NCBI GenBank assembly: GCA_902533795.1
Contig: CACAND010000005.1
Location: 847-64,846, forward strand
From: an uncultured Candidatus Actinomarina sp.
GTDB taxonomy: Bacteria; Actinomycetota; Acidimicrobiia; Actinomarinales; Actinomarinaceae
DNA length: 64,000 nucleotides
Reading direction: 5' to 3'
Shown: piece after piece, positions 53,917-62,954 of the stretch
Position numbering within the stretch: position 1 is the stretch's first letter
Layout of the letters: each line of letters opens with the position of its first letter
Translations under genes and position numbers: made by a program
Notes under the pieces: generated by a model
The model's input: the letters and a program-made list of their open reading frames with translations, nothing else
Database searches by the model: none
Told to the model about the DNA's origin: nothing

Positions 53917-54994
53917 ATTTCCAACTTGAAGATTCTTTATTATCTTCAATTTCAATATTTGAATCTGTCAATATATCTCTAACTACATCTGATTCTTCAT
54001 ATTTTTGTAAGGACCGAAGTGTTAATCTATACTCTATTAATTTGTCTATTAATTTATTCACATTTTCAGAATTTTTCTTATTTTTATCAATCTCTATTCG
54101 TAAATCAGCAATTTCTTTTTTCAAGGCATCTTCAGCGTCTTCATTTAACGGCAAGTCAGGTTCGCTTTCTACTTTTTTAAGGGAGGCATCATTTTTTAAG
54201 AGCTCTTTAAGCTCATCTAAATTGTACTTATCTCCAATTTTGAATTTCTTTGTGACATTTTTGTTAATGACAGTTACTTCCCCTAAACCTTCTACTTCGA
54301 AAGAGTCTTCTTCTCCATCAATTATTAACGCAGTATGTTCATCAATTCCTAAAATATTCGTTGGATTAATTTCCTGTAATATTTTCATCCTATTTTGTCC
54401 AAGGTAACTAATACTAGTATCGTGATTGCCCCCTTCTTTATTGTTAAAGTGAGGAACTACAACACAATCTATATCAAAGACTTCAAGTAAATTTATTCCA
54501 TTTTCCCAATAAGGATCAATTCCTACCTTGTAAATTTCATAAACTGGAATAGTTCTTATTCCAAGAGTTGATGCAGCTGCACTTGCAAATACAAGGCTAC
54601 TTCCATTTATAAGCTTTTCTTTAAAAATTTCTGGTACATCTGTGTCTATCCAATTTTTTGAGGCATAACTTGGACTTCCAGGCCCTGAAAAAATAAAATT
54701 TGAACCCTGGATGATTTTTGTAAATTCAAAATACTCAACAGATTTAAAATCTTTTTTAGTTCTATAACTAGCAAGTTTGATATCTGTATTTAAACTTACA
54801 TCATAAAATTCAATTAATTTTTCAACAAGCTGATCAGCATTTTCTTGAAATCCAAAAGGCGTATCAATTAATGAAGCAGACACGTCTTCACTTAATCTAT
54901 TAAGTAACTTTCTGTGTACTGAAACTAGATTTGGACTAGTTTCACCTGAGCCGAGAATGGCAATCGAACCTTTTACTTTTTTCATAGAAACCAT
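53906..54994 (-). CDS. peptidase S51 (dipeptidase E/cyanophycinase)-like protein with ~120-aa C-terminal coiled-coil extension
   Basis: 362 aa; IAILGSGETS, ...FASAAAS..., CVVVPHFNN resemble the S51 Ser/His layout; tail is E/K-rich heptad-like. Confidence 0.5.
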   Translation of the reverse strand: MVSMKKVKGSIAILGSGETSPNLVSVHRKLLNRLSEDVSASLIDTPFGFQENADQLVEKLIEFYDVSLNTDIKLASYRTKKDFKSVEYFEFTKIIQGSNFIFSGPGSPSYASKNWIDTDVPEIFKEKLINGSSLVFASAAASTLGIRTIPVYEIYKVGIDPYWENGINLLEVFDIDCVVVPHFNNKEGGNHDTSISYLGQNRMKILQEINPTNILGIDEHTALIIDGEEDSFEVEGLGEVTVINKNVTKKFKIGDKYNLDELKELLKNDASLKKVESEPDLPLNEDAEDALKKEIADLRIEIDKNKKNSENVNKLIDKLIEYRLTLRSLQKYEESDVVRDILTDSNIEIEDNKESSSWKFKD

Positions 54995-55036
54995 TATAGG
55001 TATTTATTCATTCTTGAAAAATTGTATACTTAATAT

Positions 55037-56035
55037 GTGATTAATTTATTAATTAAAATTCTTGAAATATTTACCCTTGATTACATTCCAAGGCTACCTG
55101 TTCAATTTAGAACAAAATTATATAAAACAGTTCTTCCATTAAGAAAATTAAGGGACAGGATATTACTAAATAAACCAAAAAGTCAATTTACTTTTCAAGA
55201 TCGAATAGATTTTGCCAGAACATCAAGAGTTGGCTATGATTACTCCGGCTCAAGACTAATTGAATATAACCAAAATGTTGATTTTGAAAAAATTGAAAAT
55301 TCGGAATTAGAAATTTATAAATTTACTCCAAAAAATGCCAAAGATGACGTTTACGGTATTTATTTTCATGGAGGAGGTTACTACACGGGCAGTGTAACTT
55401 CTCATAAAAACATCGTTTCCCAATTTACAAATGATTTAGAGATTCCTTTTTATTTTTTTGAATATAGATTGACACCAGAGTTCAACTTTCCTGCAGCTCA
55501 TGATGATGCCAAAAAAGTAGTAAATTTTATTACTGGAATAGAGGGAAACAAACAGTCAATATGGATGGGTGAGTCTGCTGGAGGGGGGCTTGCAACGGGT
55601 ATTTTAGTTGATGATACATTTACAATTTCTCCAGATAAATTAGTCCTAATGTCTCCATGGCTAGACCTGTCTGACAAGAAAAGAGACAGAAAATATTTAA
55701 GAAATAAAGATATACTACTTGCTATTGATGGAGTTCATTGGGTTGGTGAGCATTACTCAGGCGATTATGAACCAAATAATCCAATTCTTTCTCCAGTTTT
55801 TGCTGATATTGATAATTTTCCACACACATTAATTCAGGTTTGTTCAAGTGAGCTTTTGTATAATGACGCAATTGAGTTTTCAAACAAACTCAAAAATAAA
55901 AAAATCGAGCACGAATTACAAATTTCGGATGATCTTTGGCATGCTTGGCAATTTTTTCCAATTCAAGAAGCTTATGATGCAAGAAAGAAAATTGTTTCTT
56001 TTGTAAAAGATAATTCCTACTCTTCACCAAAATGA
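55037..56035 (+). CDS. alpha/beta-hydrolase fold esterase/lipase (HSL family)
   Basis: 332 aa; HGGGY oxyanion motif and GESAGG nucleophile elbow. Confidence 0.75.
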   Translation: MINLLIKILEIFTLDYIPRLPVQFRTKLYKTVLPLRKLRDRILLNKPKSQFTFQDRIDFARTSRVGYDYSGSRLIEYNQNVDFEKIENSELEIYKFTPKNAKDDVYGIYFHGGGYYTGSVTSHKNIVSQFTNDLEIPFYFFEYRLTPEFNFPAAHDDAKKVVNFITGIEGNKQSIWMGESAGGGLATGILVDDTFTISPDKLVLMSPWLDLSDKKRDRKYLRNKDILLAIDGVHWVGEHYSGDYEPNNPILSPVFADIDNFPHTLIQVCSSELLYNDAIEFSNKLKNKKIEHELQISDDLWHAWQFFPIQEAYDARKKIVSFVKDNSYSSPK

Positions 56036-56763
56036 TGAAATGCAAAACCAAAGGGAAGCTCTAAGCGATTTTCCTTCATAAAATTTTCATCATTTAAAAT
56101 ATTAATCGTTTGATCATCTCGCGTAACTTCACCTTCATTTAAAACGATACTTCTTTTGCAAATTTCTAATGCCATTGGAAGGTCATGAGTCACGAGAATT
56201 TTAGATACGTCTAAATTATTAAGAATATCAATTAATTCCCTACGAGAAGATGGATCCAGATTTGAACCAGGTTCATCTAACACCAGAAGTTTTGGCTTTG
56301 ATGCTAAAACACTTGCAATTGCAACTTTTCTTTTTTGTCCATAACTTAAATGATGAGGAGGTCGATCTAAATAGTCACTCATATTAACTTTATCAAGTGC
56401 ATCAAGTGCTAATCTTTCTGATTCTTCATCGGTAAATCCAAAATTTTTAGGTCCAAACATTACATCTTCAATTACTGTTGGCATAAATAATTGGTCATCT
56501 GGATCCTGAAAAACAATTCCGACTGTTTTTCTAATCTTGCCAATGTTATCTTCAATGTAGTCGAGTTGATCTACACTTATTTCCGAATTTAAAGTTCCAA
56601 GTATTCCATTCAGATGAAGAATTAATGTAGTTTTTCCAGCACCATTTGGACCTAATATTGCTAATGATTCTTTTTCTCCCAAATCAAAGCTTATTTTTTT
56701 TAGAGCCAAGTGTCCATCAGGATATGAATAGCTTAAATTTTTTACAGATAAATAATTTTTCAT
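56017..56763 (-). CDS. cbiO: ECF/cobalt-nickel type ABC transporter ATP-binding protein
   Basis: 248 aa; Walker A GPNGAGKTT, signature LSYGQKRKVAIA, Walker B LLVLDEP. Confidence 0.85.
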   Translation of the reverse strand: MKNYLSVKNLSYSYPDGHLALKKISFDLGEKESLAILGPNGAGKTTLILHLNGILGTLNSEISVDQLDYIEDNIGKIRKTVGIVFQDPDDQLFMPTVIEDVMFGPKNFGFTDEESERLALDALDKVNMSDYLDRPPHHLSYGQKRKVAIASVLASKPKLLVLDEPGSNLDPSSRRELIDILNNLDVSKILVTHDLPMALEICKRSIVLNEGEVTRDDQTINILNDENFMKENRLELPFGFAFHHFGEE

Positions 56764-57524
56764 AATAATTTATCTATACCAAGTATCACTAAAGAAGATA
56801 CAACACATAAACTAAACTTATATGATGTTTTATAACTTCGAGATTTAAACTCTATTGTTCCTTGAAAACCTCTTGAGATCATTGACAAATATACTCTTTC
56901 ACCTCTTTCATAACCACGGATTAGCATAGCTCCAGATGCAAAAGCAATAGGGATTAGGGATTTTAAACCTTTTTCTAAGTATCCCCTCGACTTCATTGAA
57001 ATTCTTACCCTTTTAAACTCATCTATAAAGACGTCAATATACCTAATTGTGAATGACATTATTGCAATTAAAATATTTGGAACTTTCAACTTCTGAAGAC
57101 CATAAATGATTTCCATACTTGAAGTTACAGCAGTAAGAACTATTCCAATAGTTAGACCAAGAGTTGCTTTAAATAATATAGTTAACATATCATTTAATCC
57201 AGTCTGGTAAATGTTTAAAGAAAAAATTTCAAAAACTTTGTCATTGTTCTCACTACTTAAAAAAGGTAAAAATAATGCAAACAAAATGAAAGGAATATCA
57301 AGAGTCAGTCTCTTTAAATATGTTTTTAAAGGAATTTTCGAAAGGTATAAAATATACATAACGATCACGATGTGAGATAAAATCTGAAAGATATTTTGAA
57401 CATTTGAAAATGCAACTGATAAGACAATAAGAAAACATCCTAGAACTTTATGTTGAGGTTTTACATCATTTAATTGGGAATTTTTGTGTAGAGATAAGTG
57501 GTGTTCGTGACTTGTGGGATACAT
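56760..57524 (-). CDS. cbiQ: ECF transporter transmembrane (T) component, His-rich N-terminus
   Basis: 254 aa; 5-6 TM, CbiQ/EcfT-like, 4-nt overlap with cbiO; N-terminus MYPTSHEHHLSLH. Confidence 0.7.
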   Translation of the reverse strand: MYPTSHEHHLSLHKNSQLNDVKPQHKVLGCFLIVLSVAFSNVQNIFQILSHIVIVMYILYLSKIPLKTYLKRLTLDIPFILFALFLPFLSSENNDKVFEIFSLNIYQTGLNDMLTILFKATLGLTIGIVLTAVTSSMEIIYGLQKLKVPNILIAIMSFTIRYIDVFIDEFKRVRISMKSRGYLEKGLKSLIPIAFASGAMLIRGYERGERVYLSMISRGFQGTIEFKSRSYKTSYKFSLCVVSSLVILGIDKLL

Positions 57525-57562
57525 GATATTATTTTAATGCAAAAGGTTTGCAATAAAAATAA

Positions 57563-57973
57563 TTATTTACAATTCTTGCATATACCTGTGTAGACAAAAT
57601 GATTATCGGTCAATTTATACATTGAGTTTTTTTCAATAATTTTTTCAACCGATTCCATAACTTTCACTGAAATATCTTCAATGGCATTACAAATTTTGCA
57701 AACAATGTGTGTGTTTTTTTCATATTTTTTTAGATAATAAATCCCGGAACCATGTTGCTGATGAGAGTGTTCAATAATATTTAATGACTCAAGTATGTCC
57801 AATGTTCTGTAAACAGTTGCTAAATCTATATCTTTTACCTTTTTTAAAGCTAAATTATATAATTCCTCTGCAGTGAAGTGTTCGTGTCCTGATTCCTCTA
57901 ATATATTGCAAATTGTGCTTCTTGATTCAGTTATTCTGTTACCATTTTTTTTTAGTTTACTAATCAGATCCAT
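57563..57973 (-). CDS. Fur-family metal-dependent transcriptional regulator (Zur/Nur/Fur)
   Basis: 136 aa; winged helix, HSHQQHG metal site, CKIC...CKNC structural zinc site. Confidence 0.85.
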   Translation of the reverse strand: MDLISKLKKNGNRITESRSTICNILEESGHEHFTAEELYNLALKKVKDIDLATVYRTLDILESLNIIEHSHQQHGSGIYYLKKYEKNTHIVCKICNAIEDISVKVMESVEKIIEKNSMYKLTDNHFVYTGICKNCK

Positions 57974-58008
57974 AGTTAAAGTATAATTTGTGAAAAGATT
58001 GTTATTAC

Positions 58009-58482
58009 ATGAAAAAAATACTTTTAAAGTTCATAAATAGATACAGCCTAATTTATTTACCACTGGGATGGATATTTGGACTAGCTATATTTTTTATTGC
58101 TTTTGAACCATCAATCGTACTCTATATATTAAGTTTCTTTGTTTTAGGAACTTTTTTTGCATTGTATATTTTTAATTCAAAGAGAAGCCTTGTCTTAGAT
58201 GATCACAATTTTGCAAATTCTGATTACACAATAATTGAATTCTATTCCGATTACTGACTAGGTTGTACTGCATCAAAATTCATAGTTAATGAATTCAAAA
58301 AATTAAACCCCGAAATACCAATTGTCTCAGTGAATGCCTCTAAGAAAGATTATCTAGAAATCACACAAAAATATAATTTAAAGTACACCCCAACATATGT
58401 ATTAGTTGATTCAACTGGTGAAAAAATATACAAACGGGTTGGTAATTTTAATATTGAGAAGTTTAACTCAATAATTTCCTAA
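58009..58482 (+). CDS. membrane-anchored thioredoxin-fold protein with in-frame TGA at the redox motif (candidate selenoprotein U-x-x-C, or recently disrupted CxxC gene)
   Basis: The 58009..58257 ORF ends at TGA 58255-58257 and the same frame continues with no stop and no ATG/TTG start to TAA 58480-58482 (one weak in-frame GTG far downstream); combined product ...TIIEFYSDY-[TGA]-LGCTASKF...KYTPTYVLVDSTGEKIYKRVGNF has thioredoxin-fold features: beta1-[U/C]xxC and cis-Pro TPT; hairpin aattcat-agtta-atgaatt at 58278-58296. Confidence 0.55.
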
Positions 58483-58811
58483 GATACTTTATCACCTATC
58501 ATCGAACCTTCACTTGGTTTTAGCAACAATACATTGCCATTAGAATCTGTAGAACCAAGTATTAAACATTGACTAATAATTGGACCAATTTGCTTGTCAC
58601 CTAAATTTACTATTCCTATACATTTGAAACCGATTAATTCACTGGTGTCATAATTAGTAATCTGAGCACTTGTTTTCTTTATTCCAATATGTTTACCAAA
58701 GTCAATTTTTAAAATATAAGCAGGTTTTTTGGCTTCTTCAAAAACTTCCGCTGATAAAATTTCGCCAATTCTTATATCTAATTTGGCAAATTTTTCAACA
58801 TTAGTTTCCAT
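58479..58811 (-). CDS. CsaA/Trbp111-like tRNA-binding domain protein
   Basis: 110 aa; LDIRIGEILSAEVFEEAKKPAYILKIDFG...IVNLGDKQIG OB-fold tRNA-binding signature; stop overlaps the convergent thioredoxin-like gene. Confidence 0.7.
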   Translation of the reverse strand: METNVEKFAKLDIRIGEILSAEVFEEAKKPAYILKIDFGKHIGIKKTSAQITNYDTSELIGFKCIGIVNLGDKQIGPIISQCLILGSTDSNGNVLLLKPSEGSMIGDKVS

Positions 58812-58841
58812 ATAAAAAGTATCTTATAACATAATTAACCT

Positions 58842-59384
58842 ATGTCAAAAATATTATTATTGTCAGCTGGAACACGCGTTGAGTCAAAAAATAATAAAAT
58901 AGCAAAAATTACTGATGACTTTTTAGTTAATGAATTAAAAATTGATTGTTCACTCTACGATAATTTCTATGAAGGTGTTCCCTTTTTAAAAGATTATAAT
59001 GATAAACAACCTGATTATGTAATCGATGTAAGAAACGATTTGATTAATAGTTCCAAAATCATACTTTTTAGTCCGGTATTCAATGGTGGTTATGTCTCAC
59101 ATTTAAAAAACATATTAGATTGGCTTTCATTAAGTTTTGATAAATATTCATATAACGAATTATTTAAAAATAAAACAGTTGCAGTTGTTTCATCAGTTGA
59201 TGGAAAAGGAAATAATGCAAAAAGTTCATTTATCTTACTCAAAGAACAACTTAAAAACTATGGACTTGATGTTTTTGATGAATTTTATCTTTTTAATGAG
59301 GAAAATAAGGTCGATGATTTTGATTCAAATGAGAAGTTAAGTACAAGTTACCGCACCTTTATAAATTCATTTGTCAACAGTTAA
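58842..59384 (+). CDS. NAD(P)H-dependent FMN reductase family flavoprotein
   Basis: 180 aa; LLLSAGTR, IILFSPVFNGGYVSHLKNILDWLS match the NADPH-dependent FMN reductase fold. Confidence 0.7.
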   Translation: MSKILLLSAGTRVESKNNKIAKITDDFLVNELKIDCSLYDNFYEGVPFLKDYNDKQPDYVIDVRNDLINSSKIILFSPVFNGGYVSHLKNILDWLSLSFDKYSYNELFKNKTVAVVSSVDGKGNNAKSSFILLKEQLKNYGLDVFDEFYLFNEENKVDDFDSNEKLSTSYRTFINSFVNS

Positions 59385-60095
59385 AGCTTGGTCAATTCTT
59401 TCAAACAATAATTCTGTTACTTTATCAATATCTAAATCATCGCTAGATTCAACTGGATCTAAAACATCTAAATGAATATCTCCTGATATAAACCAAACCT
59501 TACCTTTAATCATTAAATTATGAGCATTGTGACTTACTATAGGAAGAATCGGAAGGTTGAAATCTTTAGCAATATGTGCAGCCCCCTTTTTAAAAGGTAA
59601 TAACTTTTTTTGATTACTTCTTTTTCCTTCCGGGAATACCATTATCGAGTTACCGTCATTAATCACAGATTGAATTGAATCATTTATTTTATTTAGATCT
59701 AATGAAGTACTATCACGATCTATTCTGGGTAAACCAAGAATTTTTAGCACTCTACTAAAAATTGGAATTCTAAAGAGTTCAGATTTTGTTAAAAATCTTA
59801 TTGATATTGGCAATCCATAGATATGTGTGAATATGTCTAGGGTAGAAGGATGATTTCCAACAACAACATAACTTTTATTTTTATCTATTTTTTCTAGGCC
59901 AGATACCGTTAAATTAATTCCAACCATTTTTAATCCCATCCAGCCAAACAACTTATATAATTTTGTTGCAAATTGCTTGCCATTTGGGATAGCAACTGTA
60001 GCTATAATAAATAAAATTAATATTCCAAATAAAATTAAAAATGTTGGAAACAAGAGTAAAGTTTTTAATTTTGTTCGAAAATTTATAGGTGCCAT
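59367..60095 (-). CDS. plsC: 1-acyl-sn-glycerol-3-phosphate acyltransferase
   Basis: 242 aa; N-terminal TM, HX4D box VVGNHPSTLD and FPEGKRS motif. Confidence 0.85.
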   Translation of the reverse strand: MAPINFRTKLKTLLLFPTFLILFGILILFIIATVAIPNGKQFATKLYKLFGWMGLKMVGINLTVSGLEKIDKNKSYVVVGNHPSTLDIFTHIYGLPISIRFLTKSELFRIPIFSRVLKILGLPRIDRDSTSLDLNKINDSIQSVINDGNSIMVFPEGKRSNQKKLLPFKKGAAHIAKDFNLPILPIVSHNAHNLMIKGKVWFISGDIHLDVLDPVESSDDLDIDKVTELLFERIDQALTVDK

Positions 60096-60136
60096 ATTGG
60101 TATTTTATAATCTTGAATAATAGAAATGAGTATTTA

Positions 60137-60721
60137 TTACTTTTTTCTTAAATCAAAATAAGGAATAAAAAATTGTACAACTCTTCCTACTGAGAAAACA
60201 ATAATTACAGAAGCTATACCAATCTTACCTCCAAGAAAAAATCCACAGGTAAACGCAACAGCTTCAATCAATGTTCTAGCTGTTCCTATTTTTAACCCTT
60301 TTTCTTCGAGTCCAACCATAACTCCATCTCTTGGTCCAGCGCCTAGATCACCACCAACATATATGGCTGTACCTAGTCCGATAAGTGTTATCCCGATTGA
60401 TAGGCTCAAATATTGAAAAAATAGTGAGTTAGCAAAACTCATTAAATTAATAATGTAATCTGCTGTAAGTCCTATCCAAAAAGCATCAAATATCGTTGCT
60501 ATTCCAGGCTTCTGTTTTAAAGGAATCCATAATAAAAGAGTTAATAAAGATGTTAATATTCCTGCTTGCCCATATGTTATTCCAATAGTTTTTGAAATGC
60601 CATCGTGGAATACCCCCCAAGGACCTAAACCTAAATCTGCTAGATAGTTAAAAGCTACACCAACACCAATTAATGTAATGCCAATAATTGCCTGAAAATA
60701 CTTTCTTACTCCTAATTGCAT
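60137..60721 (-). CDS. integral membrane protein (YczE/YitT-like)
   Basis: 194 aa; 5-6 TM, Gly-rich helices. Confidence 0.45.
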   Translation of the reverse strand: MQLGVRKYFQAIIGITLIGVGVAFNYLADLGLGPWGVFHDGISKTIGITYGQAGILTSLLTLLLWIPLKQKPGIATIFDAFWIGLTADYIINLMSFANSLFFQYLSLSIGITLIGLGTAIYVGGDLGAGPRDGVMVGLEEKGLKIGTARTLIEAVAFTCGFFLGGKIGIASVIIVFSVGRVVQFFIPYFDLRKK

Positions 60722-60760
60722 AATTTAATCTAACATTTATAAGAAGTTAAAATATAATGC

Positions 60761-61504
60761 ATGAAACAATATTCAAAGCTTGCAATTGTAATTTTACTTT
60801 TCGCATTTTGTTCACAACAGGAAGCAACTTTAAGTGATTTTGAATCAGAAAATATTGAAACAAGCACAACACAAATTTCAAAAGAAGATGAAACAGCAAT
60901 AGTTAGTGAAACAACTACAACAATTGAAATAGAACAAATAGATAAATTTCAAGATAATCTTTTTGTAATTAATAAGGAAAAAAGTACAGCAAGCTATCTT
61001 GCTCCAAAAGACTTCTTAAATACTAATTTCGAGATAGTTAAGGGTTCAACAAATCAGATAAACGGTGGTTTTGAACTTTCGCTAAATGAATGTGAACAGG
61101 CTGATTCTTGTTTGTACATTAAGAATTTACTAATTTCTGTCGATCTTTCAACATTAAAAAGTGGAAGCTCTATTAGAGATGGTGCAATAAAGAATAATTG
61201 GCTCGAATCTAAGTTATTTCCAAGTGCAATATATAAGATTGATGAAATAATACTTCCAAATAACAATTTTGACTCAAAAATTGATGAAACAGTAGTTGGA
61301 ATTTTAACAATAAGGAATATTGAAGTCAGTATTCCTTTTTCTATAACTGCATACATGCAAGATGATCAGATTTACATTTCAGGAATCACAGAAGTAGATA
61401 CAACATGGTTTGGTTTTGATGCTCCTACAAAATTTAATGCATGGGAAGTGTTAAATCCTATAGGAATTGAAATTGATTTTGTTGCAGAAAAATCAGATAG
61501 TTAA
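60761..61504 (+). CDS. YceI-like lipoprotein (polyisoprenoid-binding family)
   Basis: 247 aa; lipobox LFAFC, acidic linker, C-terminal 8-strand barrel with SIRDGAIKNNWLESKLFPSAIYKIDEI (RDxHLxSxxFFDV-like). Confidence 0.6.
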   Translation: MKQYSKLAIVILLFAFCSQQEATLSDFESENIETSTTQISKEDETAIVSETTTTIEIEQIDKFQDNLFVINKEKSTASYLAPKDFLNTNFEIVKGSTNQINGGFELSLNECEQADSCLYIKNLLISVDLSTLKSGSSIRDGAIKNNWLESKLFPSAIYKIDEIILPNNNFDSKIDETVVGILTIRNIEVSIPFSITAYMQDDQIYISGITEVDTTWFGFDAPTKFNAWEVLNPIGIEIDFVAEKSDS

Positions 61505-61506
61505 AT

Positions 61507-62016
61507 TTGAATTTTAAACATTTAGAAAAACCTTTCCCAATTTATGATGAAGATTATGCGTCAGTTGCCATTCTCATAAACAGTGAAAAAGAAATTTTAT
61601 ATATAAAAAGATCTGACAATTTACCAACTCACAAAGGAGATATTGCTTTCCCAGGCGGAAAAAAAGAAGAATCTGATAGTGACATAGTTACCACCGCCTT
61701 AAGAGAGGTTCAAGAGGAACTCTTCTTAAATCCATCAACAATTCGTCCTTTTGGAGTATTAGATCCTGTAGATACTGTTGAATATAAATTTAAAGTTTTC
61801 CCAATTGTTTGTGAAAGTTTTGATAAACCTACAAAAATTAACAAAGATGAAGTTCAAGATTTTTATTTATTAAATATATCAGATTTAGATAATTTGAATA
61901 ATTGGGAATTTAGGGGTAACTATGACAATGATTGGATTTTTAAGTTTAATGATCAGATTCTTTGGGGCGCAACAGCACATATGACACGAAATTTATTGAA
62001 TTTAAATTTAGGTTAG
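61507..62016 (+). CDS. NUDIX hydrolase (CoA pyrophosphatase-like)
   Basis: 169 aa; Nudix box GGKKEESDSDIVTTALREVQEELFL. Confidence 0.8.
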   Translation: MNFKHLEKPFPIYDEDYASVAILINSEKEILYIKRSDNLPTHKGDIAFPGGKKEESDSDIVTTALREVQEELFLNPSTIRPFGVLDPVDTVEYKFKVFPIVCESFDKPTKINKDEVQDFYLLNISDLDNLNNWEFRGNYDNDWIFKFNDQILWGATAHMTRNLLNLNLG

Positions 62017-62895
62017 ACTTTCAGTCTCATCTTTTACTGCTAGGTAAAGTGAAATAAAAATAAGCATGAGAGTTACATAAAAAATATTGTTTACAATTTC
62101 ATCTAAAAACAGATACCCCACCGCTATTCCAACAGTTGGCACTACATAATCAACTAAAGTAGTAAATGTTGCTGACAATCTTTTTATTGTATAAAAAAAC
62201 AACGAGTAGTTAAAAATGTCGATAAAAACTAAGCCAATAAGTCGAAATAGTTCAAAGGAATCTAGTACTTCAAATTCTCCACCTAGAATAAAAAATAAAA
62301 TTATGGATATGAATCCCCCAACGAGCCACTGTGTGAATAAATAAGTTTTAGCTGGTATATATTGAGAATGTTTTTTATTAGTTATGTTGCTAAGTGCTAA
62401 TCCTTGGACACCAATTAATGCTAATATCCCGCCAGTAAGTAGATTACCTTCATTAGATAGTCCTGTTGATCCTGAAAGAAAAAGCAAGACTAATCCTAAT
62501 AATCCAACCAAGACAGATATTATTTTTATTTTTGTTATTTTTTCTTCCTTAAAAAATAAAAATACCCAAAAAACAGTGAATAAAGGAATTGTAGATATAA
62601 AAATACTTTGTAATCCAGAAGAAATGTGTTTTAAAGCGTAAATAAATGTCCATCCGGGAATAAAAATTGCAAGAATTCCAGTCAAACTTCCTTTAAGAAA
62701 AAACGATATATTGATTTCTCTTACAAAGTCTTTTGCACAATAAATCCCTAACAAGAAAGCAACAATCGTTATTCTTGCTGTAACAATAAATATTTCATTC
62801 ACATTGTCTATCAATAAGCTTCTATTCAATAAGCCATGAAAACCAAAAAGAGATCCAATAAGAAGAATATTTCTTAATCCTGCGTATGGAGACAT
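62008..62895 (-). CDS. EamA/DMT-superfamily transporter
   Basis: 295 aa; ~10 TM, duplicated EamA-like halves. Confidence 0.65.
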   Translation of the reverse strand: MSPYAGLRNILLIGSLFGFHGLLNRSLLIDNVNEIFIVTARITIVAFLLGIYCAKDFVREINISFFLKGSLTGILAIFIPGWTFIYALKHISSGLQSIFISTIPLFTVFWVFLFFKEEKITKIKIISVLVGLLGLVLLFLSGSTGLSNEGNLLTGGILALIGVQGLALSNITNKKHSQYIPAKTYLFTQWLVGGFISIILFFILGGEFEVLDSFELFRLIGLVFIDIFNYSLFFYTIKRLSATFTTLVDYVVPTVGIAVGYLFLDEIVNNIFYVTLMLIFISLYLAVKDETESLT

Positions 62896-62954
62896 TGGTG
62901 AATAGGATTTTATAAAATTACTCCATTTTGATTTAGTTTATTAGAATAGCACAT

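Noticed and set aside
58255-58482. Alternative reading of the region after TGA 58255 as an independent small gene
   Set aside because: No ATG or TTG in frame; the only in-frame GTG (within ...SVNASK...) would give a ~50-aa fragment lacking the beta1-CxxC part of the thioredoxin fold, so a separate gene is less parsimonious than read-through/Sec or a pseudogene.
62896-62954. Possible T-box leader upstream of trpS
   Set aside because: The intergenic region is only 59 nt, far too short for a T-box riboswitch, and it lacks the AAUUAGGGUGGNACCGCG motif.
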